Below, piece by piece: positions 1 to 14,618 of a stretch of DNA of 64,000 nt (its first letter is position 1; each line of letters begins with the position of its first letter). The notes under the pieces were generated by a model. It had not been told where the DNA came from. It saw only the letters and a list, made by a program, of their open reading frames with translations, and did no database searches. The DNA comes from Trichinella spiralis (Eukaryota). The position numbers were made by a program, and so were the translations under genes. The stretch is from positions 4,093,637 through 4,157,636 of the forward strand of contig NW_003526941.1 in NCBI RefSeq assembly GCF_000181795.1, given 5' to 3'.

Positions 1-3000
1 ACAAGGAAATTGTACACACCACTACTACTTTCACTGAGTTGCATGCTTTGATTGATGCATAAGTAGTGTATAATGTATGAATACTTTTTCCGTTTGCTTT
101 ATTCTGATTTGAAGTATCTAAATTGAAAGAAATCTTCAAAGCTTCATACATTTGAATCGAATAAAGAAAATCCACCCCAGTTGTTGTTATTCTTAATTTT
201 TAATATTCAGTGAAGAATTTTACTGTTTTTTTCTCTGCAGACAGTCAGTCAGTCATTCTAGCTTGCTCTGTTACAGAATGAATAGCTTTTGTTCGGTTAT
301 TTATTGACTGACCTTCGGAAAAATGCCTTTGTCAGAAATGTTGAAAATCTGTTCGATTGAACTGATTCAGAGTGAAAAATGATTGAATTGAATGACTAAA
401 AAATCAATCGGATGATTATGAATTTTTCATTATTCCATAACTGCAACTTAACTGCACACCGAACTTGTAACTTTATAACTTTAATCGACCGACTCTAGTA
501 GGAGGTTCGAGATGCGCAGATGGGGGTTGAGGGGAGGAGGTTTGGGAGGAAGCGAAGCCTAGAGGGAATTGAACTCGACAAAATTTATTTCCAATTTTCG
601 AGAACGTTTGAAATTTTTTATTCATTTGGAAATTATTTAATATATATATATATACAAATATAAAAAAAGCAATGGTGATTTATCTTACCTTTTTTTTCTT
701 TTAAATTGAAAAGCATTATTAAAAAATAATTATCCACTATGTGTATATATTGTAAAGTTGTGCATGATGGTGGAAGCAAATATGGATGTGGAGAATTGTT
801 TGCAACAAGTCGGTCTTGAATAGAAGTTTCGTATTTTCAGAAATTATAATTTTGAAGATGAAATGAGAAAAAATTTTCGGGAAAAAGATTTCATTTCCAA
901 CGACTCAGTCTGCGAAATTGGGGAACAGTGGCTTAACGTTGAAAAGTGAAAATTTTTCTTTCAATCAACACTGAACAACACTGGCTGCTTGCAACCTTCG
1001 GTCAGCCAAGGACATGGCCAGCTTTGTACAATAATCAAACAGTTCAAATAGCAGATGTAAACAACTGTTGTTGTTGTTGTTGTTGCTACTGTATGAAAAA
1101 ATCAAATAACCTGCATCATATTGCATGCATAATTCTGCTCAACACTTTTTCCATTATTTCAACATTTTTGCAAAAATTTCCATTACTTAATTTTCATTTA
1201 AATATATTTCCATTTTTTTCTTTCATCCACGGAAACAATAAATACATTATACTCATATATGTATTTTGTGTGCATGCAGAATTCATTTGTTAATGTTCGA
1301 GCTAAGTGGATTGTACTATTTTATTCGCGTTTGATTGCAATCAACCCTGACTTCAATCCTCAACTGGGACCTACTTATGACGGCACTAGTTTTAGCAAAT
1401 ACAAATTGATTAAAATTAAAACAAGATAAATCGTTGCTTCGTTGTTCAGATGTACCAGAACACATATATATTTTTTTTCGAACATATCAGCTCAACTAGG
1501 AAAGATGATCCCTGTGGAATGGTGGGTGTGGCTCGCGCGAGGTTGTCGGCTGCTGGGTTGGCTTTTGGCATTCATGTTTGGATTTTTATCAAAAATATCT
1601 AGCCACTTTTCATTTCAACTTCAACATCTTGAGACACACAAACAACAACGCCAGATTCTAGATTTGATTAACATAAAACTTTGTATTGTCACGACGTCTT
1701 TTGAATATTGACAGAACTTTCAATTCATCATTTTTCTTCGTTATATGCAGTGTGTTATGAATTCTTTTAAAATGAATTGACACAAATCAGAAATGAAATG
1801 CTTTCTTTTCTGCTTATTATTATTTTTTTGGTTCGTCTAAATTTCGATAGGTTCAAAAGGAAAAATAATTGATTTCATATCAATCATTTAAGAAAAAAAA
1901 ATAACTACATTCTAAAATTATCCATTAAATGTATCATTTGTATGATGTTTGTATGTTTAATTTAAATCTTATTTGCCCACTTATTTGTTCTGTATAATTC
2001 AAGATTTCAAGTCATAGCAGTTTCAATTTCAAATGATCAGAATTTCCCTACTTTGGCCATTTCATTTATAATTTTAACTATAATTCGAGACTGAATAACT
2101 TCCATATGCAAAACATTTAATTGAATCAGTGGAATGATTTGTAAATGTTCTCAATTCCATTAAGCCGTATAAAAAACACTCATGACCCATGTATTTTAAC
2201 ACTTATGAATTATTCTTAAATTTTGAGAAATTGAAACATAATAATGAGGATTGTTTTCTATAAATTTAAGCTTTTTTTCAAAAGTTTTCAAAGGATTTCT
2301 ATATATTTTTATTACAATTTCAAAAATGTCATTAATCTTACCGTTCAATTAATTATTCATTTCGATCAACCGAGATGAATTATAAATATGATCCGTTTAA
2401 TACACTTTTTTCATTCATCGAGCAAAATTCATCATATTGATGTCATTCGATGATTGCAATAGCTGCAGCATTAAAACTGGTGAGTTTTTCTCATGCCGCT
2501 TTATTGCGGAAGAAACTCACCGCCTAACGACAAGTTGCGCAATTTCTTTACAGTTAAATAAATTTGTTTTTTAAACAATAGCATTTTACATGTAAAATTT
2601 GTTAAAATAATTCATTTTTACATGATATCTGTTATAAGATGAATATGTGGAACAAATGCAGATCATTGCGGAAATACTAAATATTACATAATGACGGATG
2701 TGAATTTTTATATTACATAATTTCACAATTTCAGTAAATCGTATTTGTTGAGCAAATATTTAAATAATTCATTACGTGATATTTCAAAGCACAAATTTGA
2801 TTTTGTATGAGCAACATAAATAGATTTTTATACATTAAATTCTTATACGTGTATTCAGAATTGTTTAAACATAATGAACGAAATTTACCTTACTTAGATT
2901 TGACAAAATGAAAACATAATATTGAAAATACAACGTCTAAATATTTTCATTTGCATTACTGTACGTTTTCATACAATCATATTCATATATATATATTTCA

Positions 3001-3054
3001 TTTTTCATGAGAACAACAACAAAGCGCTACGAAGCGATATTAGTACGAGAAAAA

Positions 3055-5778
3055 ATGTACAAATGTATTGTCTTCATTGCACTGATAGCAGTACAGCTGA
3101 CTGCTTCTGTAGCTTCTAAAGTAAGTAAAATATTTTATTTACATATGTGAATTTCATTAAAAAAAATGTTCGAAATTGAAAATCTTTCAAAAATTATTCC
3201 ATTGAAATAAAAATGACAGAAAAGAAAAATTTCTTCACATACAATAAATGACACGTATGAAGTATGCGAATTTATGAAACGATAATCGTAGATGAGCAAA
3301 ATTAGTTAAAGAAGTGTTTAACCTGTCTGACGTAGGAAAATACTTTGAAGAGATCAGTCACTTTAAAGCTATCCAACTGGTCATTGATATAAATATCTGT
3401 TGTTTTATATAAAGAAATTTATTTACATTTATTAATGACATTATTTAATTTTTATATTTAGAACGCATTAGATGATGAATCTGCAATCCAAGAAGCCTTG
3501 ATAACTTTGGATAAACAATCCCACGCGGCATATTTTACAAAGTTGCTGCAAATTATTGCAAGAATAGAAGAAGCTGATCAAATTGTATTCAAAATAAATG
3601 CTACTAGTACCGTCTGCTCTTCAAAAGTATTTTTTGTTGCGTTATAATTTAGCTCATCGAAAAGAAAGGAAATAACTATTCTAGGATGAAGTCATTGATG
3701 TTCCTACTGTAAAATCAATCTGTACTGAAAAAATGCCACTCCTTGAATGCACAGTAACTTTGAAAAAGCCTTCTTTGCAGTATTCAGCAGCCAGCTGCTC
3801 TGAGGTAATAATTTATGCTGATTTTAATTTTTAACTTTTAATTTTTTCTTTGAAATGAACTTTACTATTTAATCTGACATTGCTCGCCTGAAAATGGAAT
3901 AAATAGAGTTTATTGAATTTCTTAAACAACAAATTACAAGATGAAACAATACTGTAAAATTATGCAAATTATTTTCAGACATTTTTTGAAAAATGAGCGT
4001 CTTTTTGGACAATTTTATATGAACTGTTTTCAGGTTGATATTTCTTCACTTCCTTTGAAATCTGTAAAATCAGAAAATGCTGCTTTAGTGGGAAGTGCGA
4101 TGCATAGCGTAGAATATGCTCTTTACAGAGTTGACTCAGAGAGAAGATCTGGTTTTTACAAAAAGTTCAAAGATATAATTGATGTATCTCAATATGGAAT
4201 AGTGACTGTGATTGAAGCTAAAGCAGTGGAGACAGATTGTCCAGTTATAGACGTACGTTTTGTGTTTTGGTGGAACTTATCATTTTAATAATAAGTTAAT
4301 TTTTACAAATCAAACTAATCTTTAGGATAACGGTATAGTTGATATACAAGAAGAGTGCAAAGATACAGACGTTTCATATAAATGCAAATTTGTCTACTTC
4401 AATTCTTATGGATATGACGCTTCAGTGGATTGTTTAAAGGTAAACAAACTGCTTGATTATTATTTGAAATGCTAATAAAATTATAAATCAATATTGAAAC
4501 AACAAAGCTTACCGTTGATTAACATCTGCTGATTTATTTACAGAAGTTATGCGTGCACAGTATTTAATTTTCCTATTTAGATCACATCAGATGATTCAAA
4601 TCATGCAAATGATGAAGAATCTGCAATCCAAGAAGCCTTGATAACTTTTGATAAAGAATCCCATGCGGCATATTTTACCAAGTTGCTGCAAATTATTGCA
4701 AAAACAGAAGAAGCTGATCAAATTGTATTCAAAATAAATGCTACTAGTACCGTCTGCTCTTCAAAAGTATTTTCTGTTGCATTATAATTTAGCTCATTGA
4801 AAAGAAAGGAAATAACTATTCTAGGATGAAGTCATTGATGTTCCTACTGTAAAATCAATCTGTACTGAAAAAATGCCACTCCTTGAATGCACAGTAACTT
4901 TGAAAAAGCCTTCTCTGGAATATTCAGCAGCCAGCTGCTCTGAGGTAATAATTTATGCTGATTTTAATTTTTAAGTTTTAATTTTTTCTTTGAAATGAAT
5001 CTAACTATTTATTATTAATTTGAATTTCACTTAACGCAGCATTAAATTCTACAAAGGAGCATTTCATCAAAGCGATCATCACTTGAAAATGGAATAAATA
5101 GGGTTTTCAGTGCATTTCTCAAGCAAATAATATCTTTCAACAATCGCAAGATAACATGATAATGTAAAATTATGCTAATTAATTTTCAGGCATCTTTTTG
5201 AAAAATGAGCGTCTTTTGGACAGTTTTATATGAACTATTTTCAGGTTGATATTTCTTCACTTCCTTTGAAATCTGTAAAGTCGGAAAATGCTGCTTTAGT
5301 GGGAAGTGCGATGCATAGCGTAGAATATGCTCTTTACAGAGTTGACTCGGAGAGAAGATCTGGTTTTTACAAAAAGTTCAAAGATATAATTGATGTATCT
5401 CAATATGGAATAGTGACTGTGATTGAAGCTAAAGCAGTGGAGACAGACTGTGCAGTTATAGACGTGCGTTTTGTGTTTTGGTGGAACTTATCATTTTAAT
5501 AATAGGTTAATTATTACAAATCAAACAAATCTTTAGGACGACGGTATAGTTGATGTAGAAGAAGACTGCAAAGATACGGACGTTTCGTATAAATGCAAAT
5601 TTGTCTACTTTTATTCTTATGGATATGACGCTTCAGTGGACTGCGTTAAGGTAAACTGATTTATTGTTGTTGTTACACATTCACTGTGAATGGTAATTTA
5701 ATCGTTAATGGTCGTTAACGGAGATGATCCTGTTTTTTTCTCGTCTAAATCATTTATTATTTTTCATTACAGGTGTAA
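3055..5778 (+). CDS. Secreted multi-cystatin-like domain protein (~442 aa, signal peptide + A-B-A-B domains)
   Basis: Ten exons spliced by eye, all with phase-0 GT-AG introns: 3055-3120, 3462-3626, 3685-3804, 4034-4252, 4326-4439, 4581-4766, 4825-4944, 5245-5463, 5537-5650, 5773-5778. Signal peptide MYKCIVFIALIAVQLTASVAS. Each domain has a helix then strands, with a cystatin-type cysteine pattern (TVC..C..ECTV..C; ETDC..EEC..YKC..VDC). AATAAA at 5941. The family call rests on resemblance to Trichinella multi-cystatin-like domain proteins. Confidence 0.75.
3475..5655 (+). repeat. Intragenic tandem duplication (~3475-4445 vs ~4615-5655)
   Basis: Near-identical exons and introns at offset 1140 (3626 vs 4766), rising to 1211 (4252 vs 5463). 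ORFs 3941 and 5230 share the same peptide. Confidence 0.95.
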
Positions 5779-7429
5779 CATGTATAACATTGAACAGTGC
5801 TACAATGAAGCAAAATTATAAAACTATATGCCTCCTAACATTTGGCGTAGCAGCCGTGGTTGTATTGAAGTTAAAGAAAATTTAACTTTGTCATTAATGC
5901 AATACTGCTTATTTTTTGCTTGTAAGAGTTCTCATTTCTGAATAAACATTTCCTAAACTGAATTTTGCCATGAATTATGATCAGTTGAAAAATGACTGAA
6001 AAGAAGAGATTTTTTTTATTTTTTTCTTACACTACTTCATATTTTTATAACCCTTATGCTATTCTTGGCTATTACCTCAGCGTACAGTTCAGCTGGTATT
6101 GATCCCACTCATACAAGTTTGTGCTTGTTATACGTTGCTTATTTTTAGCATAGAATAACAATGCGGTTCCACAATAATGGAAAAACTTTTTTCTGTTTCG
6201 CAGTAACGCGCAGAAACCCGAACCCGCAGAAACAATACTGCAGTATCAAGAATTAGTGAATGCAGGCTACAAGGCAACGGTAAGAGATTCAGTTGGAGTT
6301 TTACGTATTCAGTTCAATGGTATCTTGTTTCTGTTCGTGTATGTAAAACATTGAGACTCTGCAGCCGTGATATGATAACCATGTAATTTTTCCGCCATAT
6401 TTTGCTTTTGATTTTTGGTTTTTCTTTTAATAATAAATAATTAGTGAAAGGAATTTATTCACCATCAAGCTCACAGAGAAGGTTCGATAAGAAAATTTAT
6501 ATTGTTCGACATGGGAACAAAATGAGCTGTAAAGAAGAGGATTCAGAACTATTTTTTCACTGGTGAGTTTAGTTCAGTTCGTTTTTTGATCATGAAATGC
6601 GTAATTAGAGAACAGAATGTTAGAAATTAATGCAATCTAAAAATACTATAGAATATTATTTAGGTTAAAGTAAAGCAAATTGTCAAGTAGGAAAATTTCA
6701 AAAATAACAGGATTCATATGAAAGCAGGTGCAGAATGGAAGCACAAAAATGGAACGTACCCTCAGAAAATGCAAGCTTTCATGCCTTAGAAAAGAAAGAG
6801 ATTGCGATTCTCTTTTGCTATTTGCGCAAATGGGGCGGATAGTTTACAAGCCTAAAAGATTGTAAGCCTATGCTTTCAGCGCTAAAGACGACGATGCAGG
6901 TTCGCTATTTTGTATGTCTCAAACATGTGGACAGTTTTAGCGTTTTCCTTGTTTTGATGTAGAATCAAATATACGGCTTCAGTTGCACATTAGAGCAGTG
7001 GAGGTTTTCACATCACATCAGAATGGGAATTTTAAATCCAGTTAGGTTTCCACAGGTAGGACGTTCCACAGCGGCATTGAAAAAATCACAGGGGCTTGCT
7101 AGATTCCAAGTGTCAATCCATTTTCCACTGCCGTGCCAGTGGATGCTATGATGCGTCACAATTTCAGCACCTTCAGCCATTGTTCTTTGTTTGTTGAGTG
7201 AAGTTTCTTCTTTTTGATTTCTACTTACTGTTGCTAGTAGATATTTCAGCATCTGCTATCAACTGCTCCAAGTTACATCGGATGCCGCGGCCATTACCTG
7301 GTACCTGCTTATTTTCTGCAGCACTGAAATTTTGCATAACGCACCGTGGCCATCATTCCACGTCGGGTTATTTTCTCTAGACCAGGAATGTATTTTCAGA
7401 ATGCATTGCTCGTAATACTCCGCAGTAGG

Positions 7430-10400
7430 TAATTTTCCACAGCACAGAAATTTTGCATAATACACCATGACCATCGCTGCAAACCAAATGATTTCCGTAA
7501 ACGCAGCACTTTATTTTCAACATGCAACGCGGCTATTACTTCACATTGAGTCATTTCCCACCGCGCAGCAATGAATCTGAGACCATCATCTCCATATCTG
7601 TTGAATACGCATCCCAGTGAAGTTCTGTGAAACGGCTCAGCTTCACTGCCTCGAAGGCCCTGTGCCTGCCCTCTTGTCTTTCAGTTACGATGTCGATTCA
7701 GGGCGTATCGTACACTCTAACCACAAATGACGCTTAAAGTTGTCACCCCTAGTGACACTGTTCTCGATACCTCATGAATAACGATATTGCTATTATTCAT
7801 TACACTCAATATTACTGTGCATTTTTATGCAGCATTTTAAATTTGAATACTCTTCTTATTATTACAGTTCATGTTCATATTATATTTGCATTGTGTTACC
7901 ATTTCTGTTAGTTATGCTACGCCAATAACCATTGAATCAGAAGCGAAGTAAGCGTATACATAGTAGGCGAACAAAAATTTGCGTACATTTTATAGTAAAC
8001 AAGTTTTACCTCGCCTACTTTTGATTACGTTAAGCAAAGAAAAGTTTTCACGACTGTGAATCTAAAATCTCACTAAAAGCAATATGCCTGATACAACATT
8101 ACAATAATAACAATTATGCTATTCTCTACCAATGAAGATCACGGAATTGCTGAAAAAATTATATCAAAAGCAGTTTCACATACATTAAAAGCTAACACTT
8201 GTGGAGAGCTATAGCTACTAAACAAACAAACGGCAAGGCAATGAACGCATCAAAATTTGCATGTTAACGAGACGCGCATAACAGAGAGAGATGAAATAAT
8301 TTGAACAAACTTTCGCTTTAACACTTAAACTATATTTCGGGAATACAATGGCTTATAGATGTGCGAAGCAATATTATTGTTAGTATTGTAAAGTTCTATC
8401 TCATTTCTCGTTGTTTGTGTGATTTTGCATCTACGGTCGCGGAAATTGTTTTCTGATTATAACACAAAGTAAGCGCACTATATGTTTAGCATAAGTTGCA
8501 TGCAAATGTTTATTTACGAAAAGAAAACGAAATATTAATCATAATGTATAACTCATCGAGGTGCATGTTCCGTATACTTCGATTCTTTAAAAATTCATGA
8601 ACTTAATCTTCTTGTGAGGTTGACTTGAAATATTTATAGGCGGATGTTTTCCAGCAACATCAGAATGGAAAACGTTTTCAAAGGACGTCTGACAAGCATC
8701 ATCATTTTTATTCAAAATGGCAAATCACGTTATACAACTCTTCAAAAAAGGTTTCTCCAAATGGTGAAAAGACAATTCTTTCTGTAAGTTACATTTTTCA
8801 ATTCAATGACATCATGATGTTGCTGAAAATAAATATCGAATTTATAATTGCTCGACATAACTAGATCATGCTTTATCAAGACGAAATATATTTTGTGTTA
8901 AATATCACGTTTACGTTTAGCATCAGTGTATTAAGTTATTTAAATTTTTAAAAGGAAAATAAATATATTATAAACGAATTATTGCTGAAAATAAAATATC
9001 AAAATATAAGCAATTTCATGAAATTGTCAGTAGAGACGGCAAGTTGCTCATATTCTACCGCAGGTTAATGTTGTAATTCATGTAAACTGGCATTGAATAT
9101 AAAGCTAGGAGGTAGAAATCAGCACTTACAATTCAATTCACCAACATCACTTTTATGACGAATTCACTGGGAGGAATTGTGCCGTCAGGTCTCACCATGT
9201 TTATTAAATTTAATTGAGTCAAATGAATTCTATAAAAATTATCCTTCTTCGATATCTGAATTTTCAATTGCTATAACCTTTGCTATTTTTAGAAAATTGA
9301 TGATGTTTTCTCAAACGGTTGCAGAATATTTTTCATTGGAATCAGTAAATGAATGTGCAATAGTGCATGATGTAAAGATTGAATGGGCAAAATATATAAA
9401 TTTTTAATAATTAGCTTCTGTATTTTGTCCTTGCATATAAGATCACAATGTTGCCGGTTCCACACTGATTAAAGTGACAACCGTGATGCACAATTTTTAG
9501 TACTTCAACCCAGCATGTGCATTGTATTAAATTATCAATTCATTATGCTTGTGTTTTAAGTAAATGTTATGTTTTGCCATTCTTCTGTTTTAGGCATTCA
9601 TTTTTCTTCTCTTCAAAGTGGTTGATCAAAGTCTGATTGAAACGTTCACTAAACACTCAGTTCCTTTAAATTAATGAATGAATTTTGCTGAATACTGCGG
9701 CATATTATTATCGTGCCAGTGCAGTCCCATTTACGTAAGACACTATTTTATACTTCTTTAATTTACGCCATAATATTATTTGTGGTAGATAGTGGCTTTG
9801 ATCTGTAACGTATTCAGGATTTTGTTGTTGTTCAGCAATTATTATAATCTTTGGTGTTGACTCATTACATTGCTATTATACGTTTTCAAAGCATACATGC
9901 ATTTCTAGGTCAGCAGAGTAACTTTATGCTAATATCATGGTAAACACTGCCGTTGGCATTCTGCTACGTGCACTTTGTGCTATTCAAATGCGGTAGCAAT
10001 GTTCCTTATATAAATTTCTGTTTATTGAGAGAACAGCACTATTATATTAATATTCGCTGTTGAAGAGCGGTCTAATTACTTATTGCATTGCGTTATTTGA
10101 TCATTTTCATGTTTCAGTTCAACAAATACGTTGTGATTGTTGGACTGAAAATATGATGAAACCACGAACATCAGTTGGTAAATGTTTGGTTCTACGTTTG
10201 CTTTATACGTCATTCCTGGCAGGTCTGCTGACAGGTATGACTTTTTACGTATTTGCTTTTTTTTTCATACAATGTTTTCTTTCTTACTCTTGGCACACTG
10301 CACTAAACATGCCCGCTTATAAATCTTTTCGTAGTTGTTTGATTTTAGTCTTTTTGAATGAAACCTAGCGCGTTGTTCTTCCGTAATGACGTTCAACTAA

Positions 10401-13400
10401 TATTCGTGACTTTATTACGGACAAGCCATTATATAATACTAATAATGGTATATTTTGCTATAATTTTCAATCGTCCTTACAAATCCATTTGTAAAGTAGT
10501 ACTCTGACATAGCAGTTGAACCCCTCCCACATTATTTTTACTGCCCACTGCAATGTTTATTGCTAAGGTAACATACTTGCCCAATTGTTTAAAGGAAATG
10601 TCTGTCACCGGGATACTGCAGTCGCACAATCGCACCCTTAAATGCTCGTCACTGATCAAATTGTGCACAGGATTGTTTCAGCATGACATAGGAAAGCTGC
10701 TGTCAGCTAGGGAACACACTTTTATACTACCACCTTTGATACCTTCAGAATGGCAGTAACGTTCCCTTCATTTTTGAAATGACTCCTTAAAATTTCTATT
10801 ATGTCATTGTTCCGCCAATAGCACTGACTTATACAGATGCACCTATTTTCTGTCATTGAGAAAATACCTCAATGCCCTTCGATGTTGTCAGTATTAATAA
10901 ATGAAACACCGCCTGAATATTATACGTGAAGATTGAGTGGAAGAACGTATCTGACACCTTCCACCTCCTCCATCCCTGAACTTCTCCCTCATTCCTTCCT
11001 GCTATGCTCTCCCCTCCTCCTTTCCTGTCTAATGATCCCCATCATTGTACTCGTAATAATACTAACCTGAACAGAAATCGCATTCAACTGAAAATTCTGC
11101 CCACCCCCTATTTCGAGCTGATTCAAGAGCACTCCACTGTTTTGATCTCATATAAATCTAATTTCTCATAATTCCTATCGACTAGCAATATAACCAAATC
11201 CAGGCTACTTCTGATTCTTTTGTTTTATTCTTTTCATAAAATGCAATACAGAATTGTCATCCGCATAAGTTTCTTGAATTCATTGCAAATTGTTGAGTTA
11301 CTCAATTTCTGCAGGTAAGTTTATCTCACATTGTATGAAGCGCGCTGATGCAGTGCCCCACCAAGTTTGCAGTCTTGCTATAAATCATCATAAGACGCAA
11401 ACGAATGTGGAGATGAGCTGTCAAGCGGCATACCCCCTGGAGCAGCCGCTTACCACCATGATGTCTACGCTGCACACTTGTTGAATTCGGTGCTGAGATA
11501 AATTGCATATTACAAAATTTCATGAAAACTGTTTAATTTTCCATAAATCTGAAAAAGTATGTTATTTTCGCAACTATTTTCAGTGGGAGCTATTTAAAAT
11601 TATCCATATAATTTTGATTAGAAGAAAAGCATTGATAAAATATAAATTATTGAATCACCTTTTACTTTCAAGCAACTAAATTACACAACATACATAAATA
11701 CGCAGTGATAACATTTCCGTTTATTTTTAGTAATTTGCGATGCTTCTTGTTAATAAGTTTACGTTTTAGGTAATTTCAGGGAAGAAATTTGCATAACAAT
11801 GCAATATTACGTAGTAATAGGAAGTGTGTAAATAAAAACGTAATAAATTTTATCGTCTCGGTTCATAATGTTGCTCATAATGTTCATTTTGCTGCGCTAT
11901 TACTGATGGAAAATTGGGTTGTTCTTCCTGAGGCAAAGTAAATAGTCATTTGCATAATTTACTTAGTATTATACATCTAATCAGAGAACTTCGGTTACAT
12001 TAGGTTATTCAGTTCACTGCAATGCTATCAATCTAGCATGTGGTCAACTATAATTCCGCTCTTCAACACCATCCATGAATAACTGGTAAGTTCGATTTGT
12101 TAGTTTGGTGGTGGCATGCTATGCATGTTACTTTACATATATGGTGAATGGAAACTGGCGGGTTTCTTTTCCATTGTTGTTATTGCTAACTTTCAGGTAC
12201 ATCACATGCTGAAGAAGAAGAAATTGGTATTTTTTGTTTTTTATTTTGAGATCTAATTTACTTTCAGAATGGACATGTTTTTTATATTCATATCAAGGAA
12301 TATGAATCTATCAGATTTAATAAACTAACTGTATATGGTAACTATGCATCATTATAATTTTTCACTCCTGTGTGTTTGTAATTATGCTTATTTCCGTGTA
12401 GGATAGCAGCACCATTAGCACCATTGTTTGTTTTATCTTTGTTCTTTGTTTTTTATTTTGTGATATAATTTACTTTCAGAATTGACATTGCTAACTATGT
12501 AACTATGTATGGTCAATGTAACTGTTTAGATGTAGATGTATATTTACTACAATGCATTATCTGGAAAGATTGAAGACAAAAAATATTCTGTTTATAGAAC
12601 ACTGTTATTTACTTTTCAGAAATTTTGTAATCTAATGTTTTATTTCTTTGTGTTATTTATTACTTTTTTTTAGTTTAACAATCGCTCTGTTTCTACCGTG
12701 ATCAGTCATGTGTCTCAACAGTTCCGCTTTCTGGTTTACTACATCTTCAGTGTAAGAATGAATTTGATGCAGTATATTATGGGAATGGGTTATGCAAATG
12801 CAGTGGAACTTCTTCAGTGATGTTTGTTATACTTCTTTTTTGTGCACTGTGGGAGGAAACCCTAACTACCATTTGGGAAGGATGTGCATGACAAAAATCA
12901 GTAATTGAGTTTTATTATTATTCCATAGCCTGTTACTATTATTAATGATTTCTAATTCTACTTATATTTGATACTGTATGCTGCTTGTTATTGAATTTAG
13001 CAGAGGGCGTCATCATAATCGAAGCGTTTTCTAATTCTTGTCGCTCTGGCCAACATGGTGTATCAAGTTTACATCAATGCGTTCTAAATGTGGCATCAGA
13101 AAATAAGTAAGTACAGCTTTTGGCCATTATAGGAATGGATTACATCATCAACATTTTTACTATTCATACTGATGGCGCTCTGCGTCATTAGAAATTAGAA
13201 GCGGCGTAATGGTGTTACCCAGTAATGATACAGGAATCAGTGTGGTTTCCCTTATTGTAAAAGTAAAAAGATTTGTATTAGTTGCAGATATTGTCAATAC
13301 AGTCGAATTGCGCTGATGCCCGTGTATATTCTACAAATTTGGTAGTGTGAATTGCCATCATTGCCATGATATGACCAAAGTGATATGACAAATTAGTAAG

Positions 13401-13520
13401 TAGAGGTTTCGTTTACTTAAGTGACAGCGGTCACTGTGATGTGGCTTATCAAAGACTAAGAATGTTTAATTGAGTGTTTTAGCGCGCAACTGCATCCTGA
13501 ATGACAACCAAATGTAACAA
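7430..13520 (+). repeat. Left arm of large inverted repeat
   Basis: 7740 TTGTCACCCCTAGTGACACTGTTCTCGATACC is the reverse complement of ~24525-24558. ORFs 9177(+)/22888(-), 10553(+)/18786(-) and 11326(-)/18335(+) are mirrored copies. Confidence 0.9.
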
Positions 13521-14049
13521 GTAATTTTTCTGCAAATTTGTATACTTAGTAATTATTTGTACTTATTAATCATTGCTTAGTAATTAAGGAACAACGATGC
13601 ACTGTTATTTGTTTTCAATTTTTTATAATATGGCTGTTTTATATCAGTTTTAAGCACACTTGTTTTGCAAATATTTTCAGAATCAAATTAAGTTTAGATT
13701 TAGATGAATGAAATTCCATTTTTTGGTTACTATGCGTTATTGAACATGTGGTTTTTTTACAAAGAGTTCTAATCACGTCGATAAATACGTCGACTCAGTT
13801 CATGCCGCTCAGTTTGTCGACGTACGTACATTGTACTTTTATATACTGGTTCAGTGTAAATTTTGTTGTTTCAGTTTTTCAGGTTTTTATAGCTTAGCTT
13901 TTCAGATATCCATTTGCAATTTGGGTACCAGTGTTCAAGATTTTAGTTTAGGTAAGAATTTATTTTAGATCCAGTTAAAATTCAGAGATTCAGTTCAAGG
14001 CAACATGGCTAAGTAAATAGCGTAAAGTCTAAAAAGACATGGAAGTAGA

Positions 14050-14232
14050 CTAGAGGTAAGTATGAAGAAAAATGGGTAAGTAGTCTAATAGTAAAGGGTA
14101 AGTCAGGTAAGAATAGGTGTGAAGGTAAGTACAATTGAGAAGGTAAGTATAAATGTGAAGGTTAGTAGTCTATAGGGTGAAGGTAAGTATAAATGTGAAG
14201 GTAAGTAGTCTATAGGGTGAAGGTAAGTATGA
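14050..14232 (+). repeat. GAAGGTAAGT minisatellite (~19-20 bp units, ~39 bp higher-order unit)
   Basis: Repeated GTGAAGGTAAGTATAAAT / GTGAAGGTAAGTAGTCTATAGG. Confidence 0.9.
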
Positions 14233-14618
14233 ATGTCCTTGTGAGTGCGAAGATGAGTCTGGAGTGGAGTTGATCACCGTCGACTACAGCGATGATGAAC
14301 CAATTTTTGTTGAAGAAAATGTACCGAAGATTATTACTACTAATGATTATGAAGTAAATGAAGAATAATTATTTATTCAAACATGTTTATATATGAATTG
14401 CTTGAATTTTTCATTTACTTTTAGTTTTCAATAATTAAAGTGAGTTAATAATAATAATAATAATAATAAGCACGTTTAGTTGTGTACAAATTTCCATTCC
14501 AGTTGTGTTTAAATTTTTTGCTGCATGGTGTAATTGCAGAACTGTGTGACGGAACGAAATGGTATGGATAAAGTAGGCAAGAAGCGTCTAAGGGAACACA
14601 TGACTGCTTGTTGCAGCA

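Noticed and set aside
946..1711. ORFs with poly-Cys or hydrophobic content
   Set aside because: Poly-Cys comes from a (TGT)n microsatellite. Composition is non-coding-like and I found no splice-consistent model.
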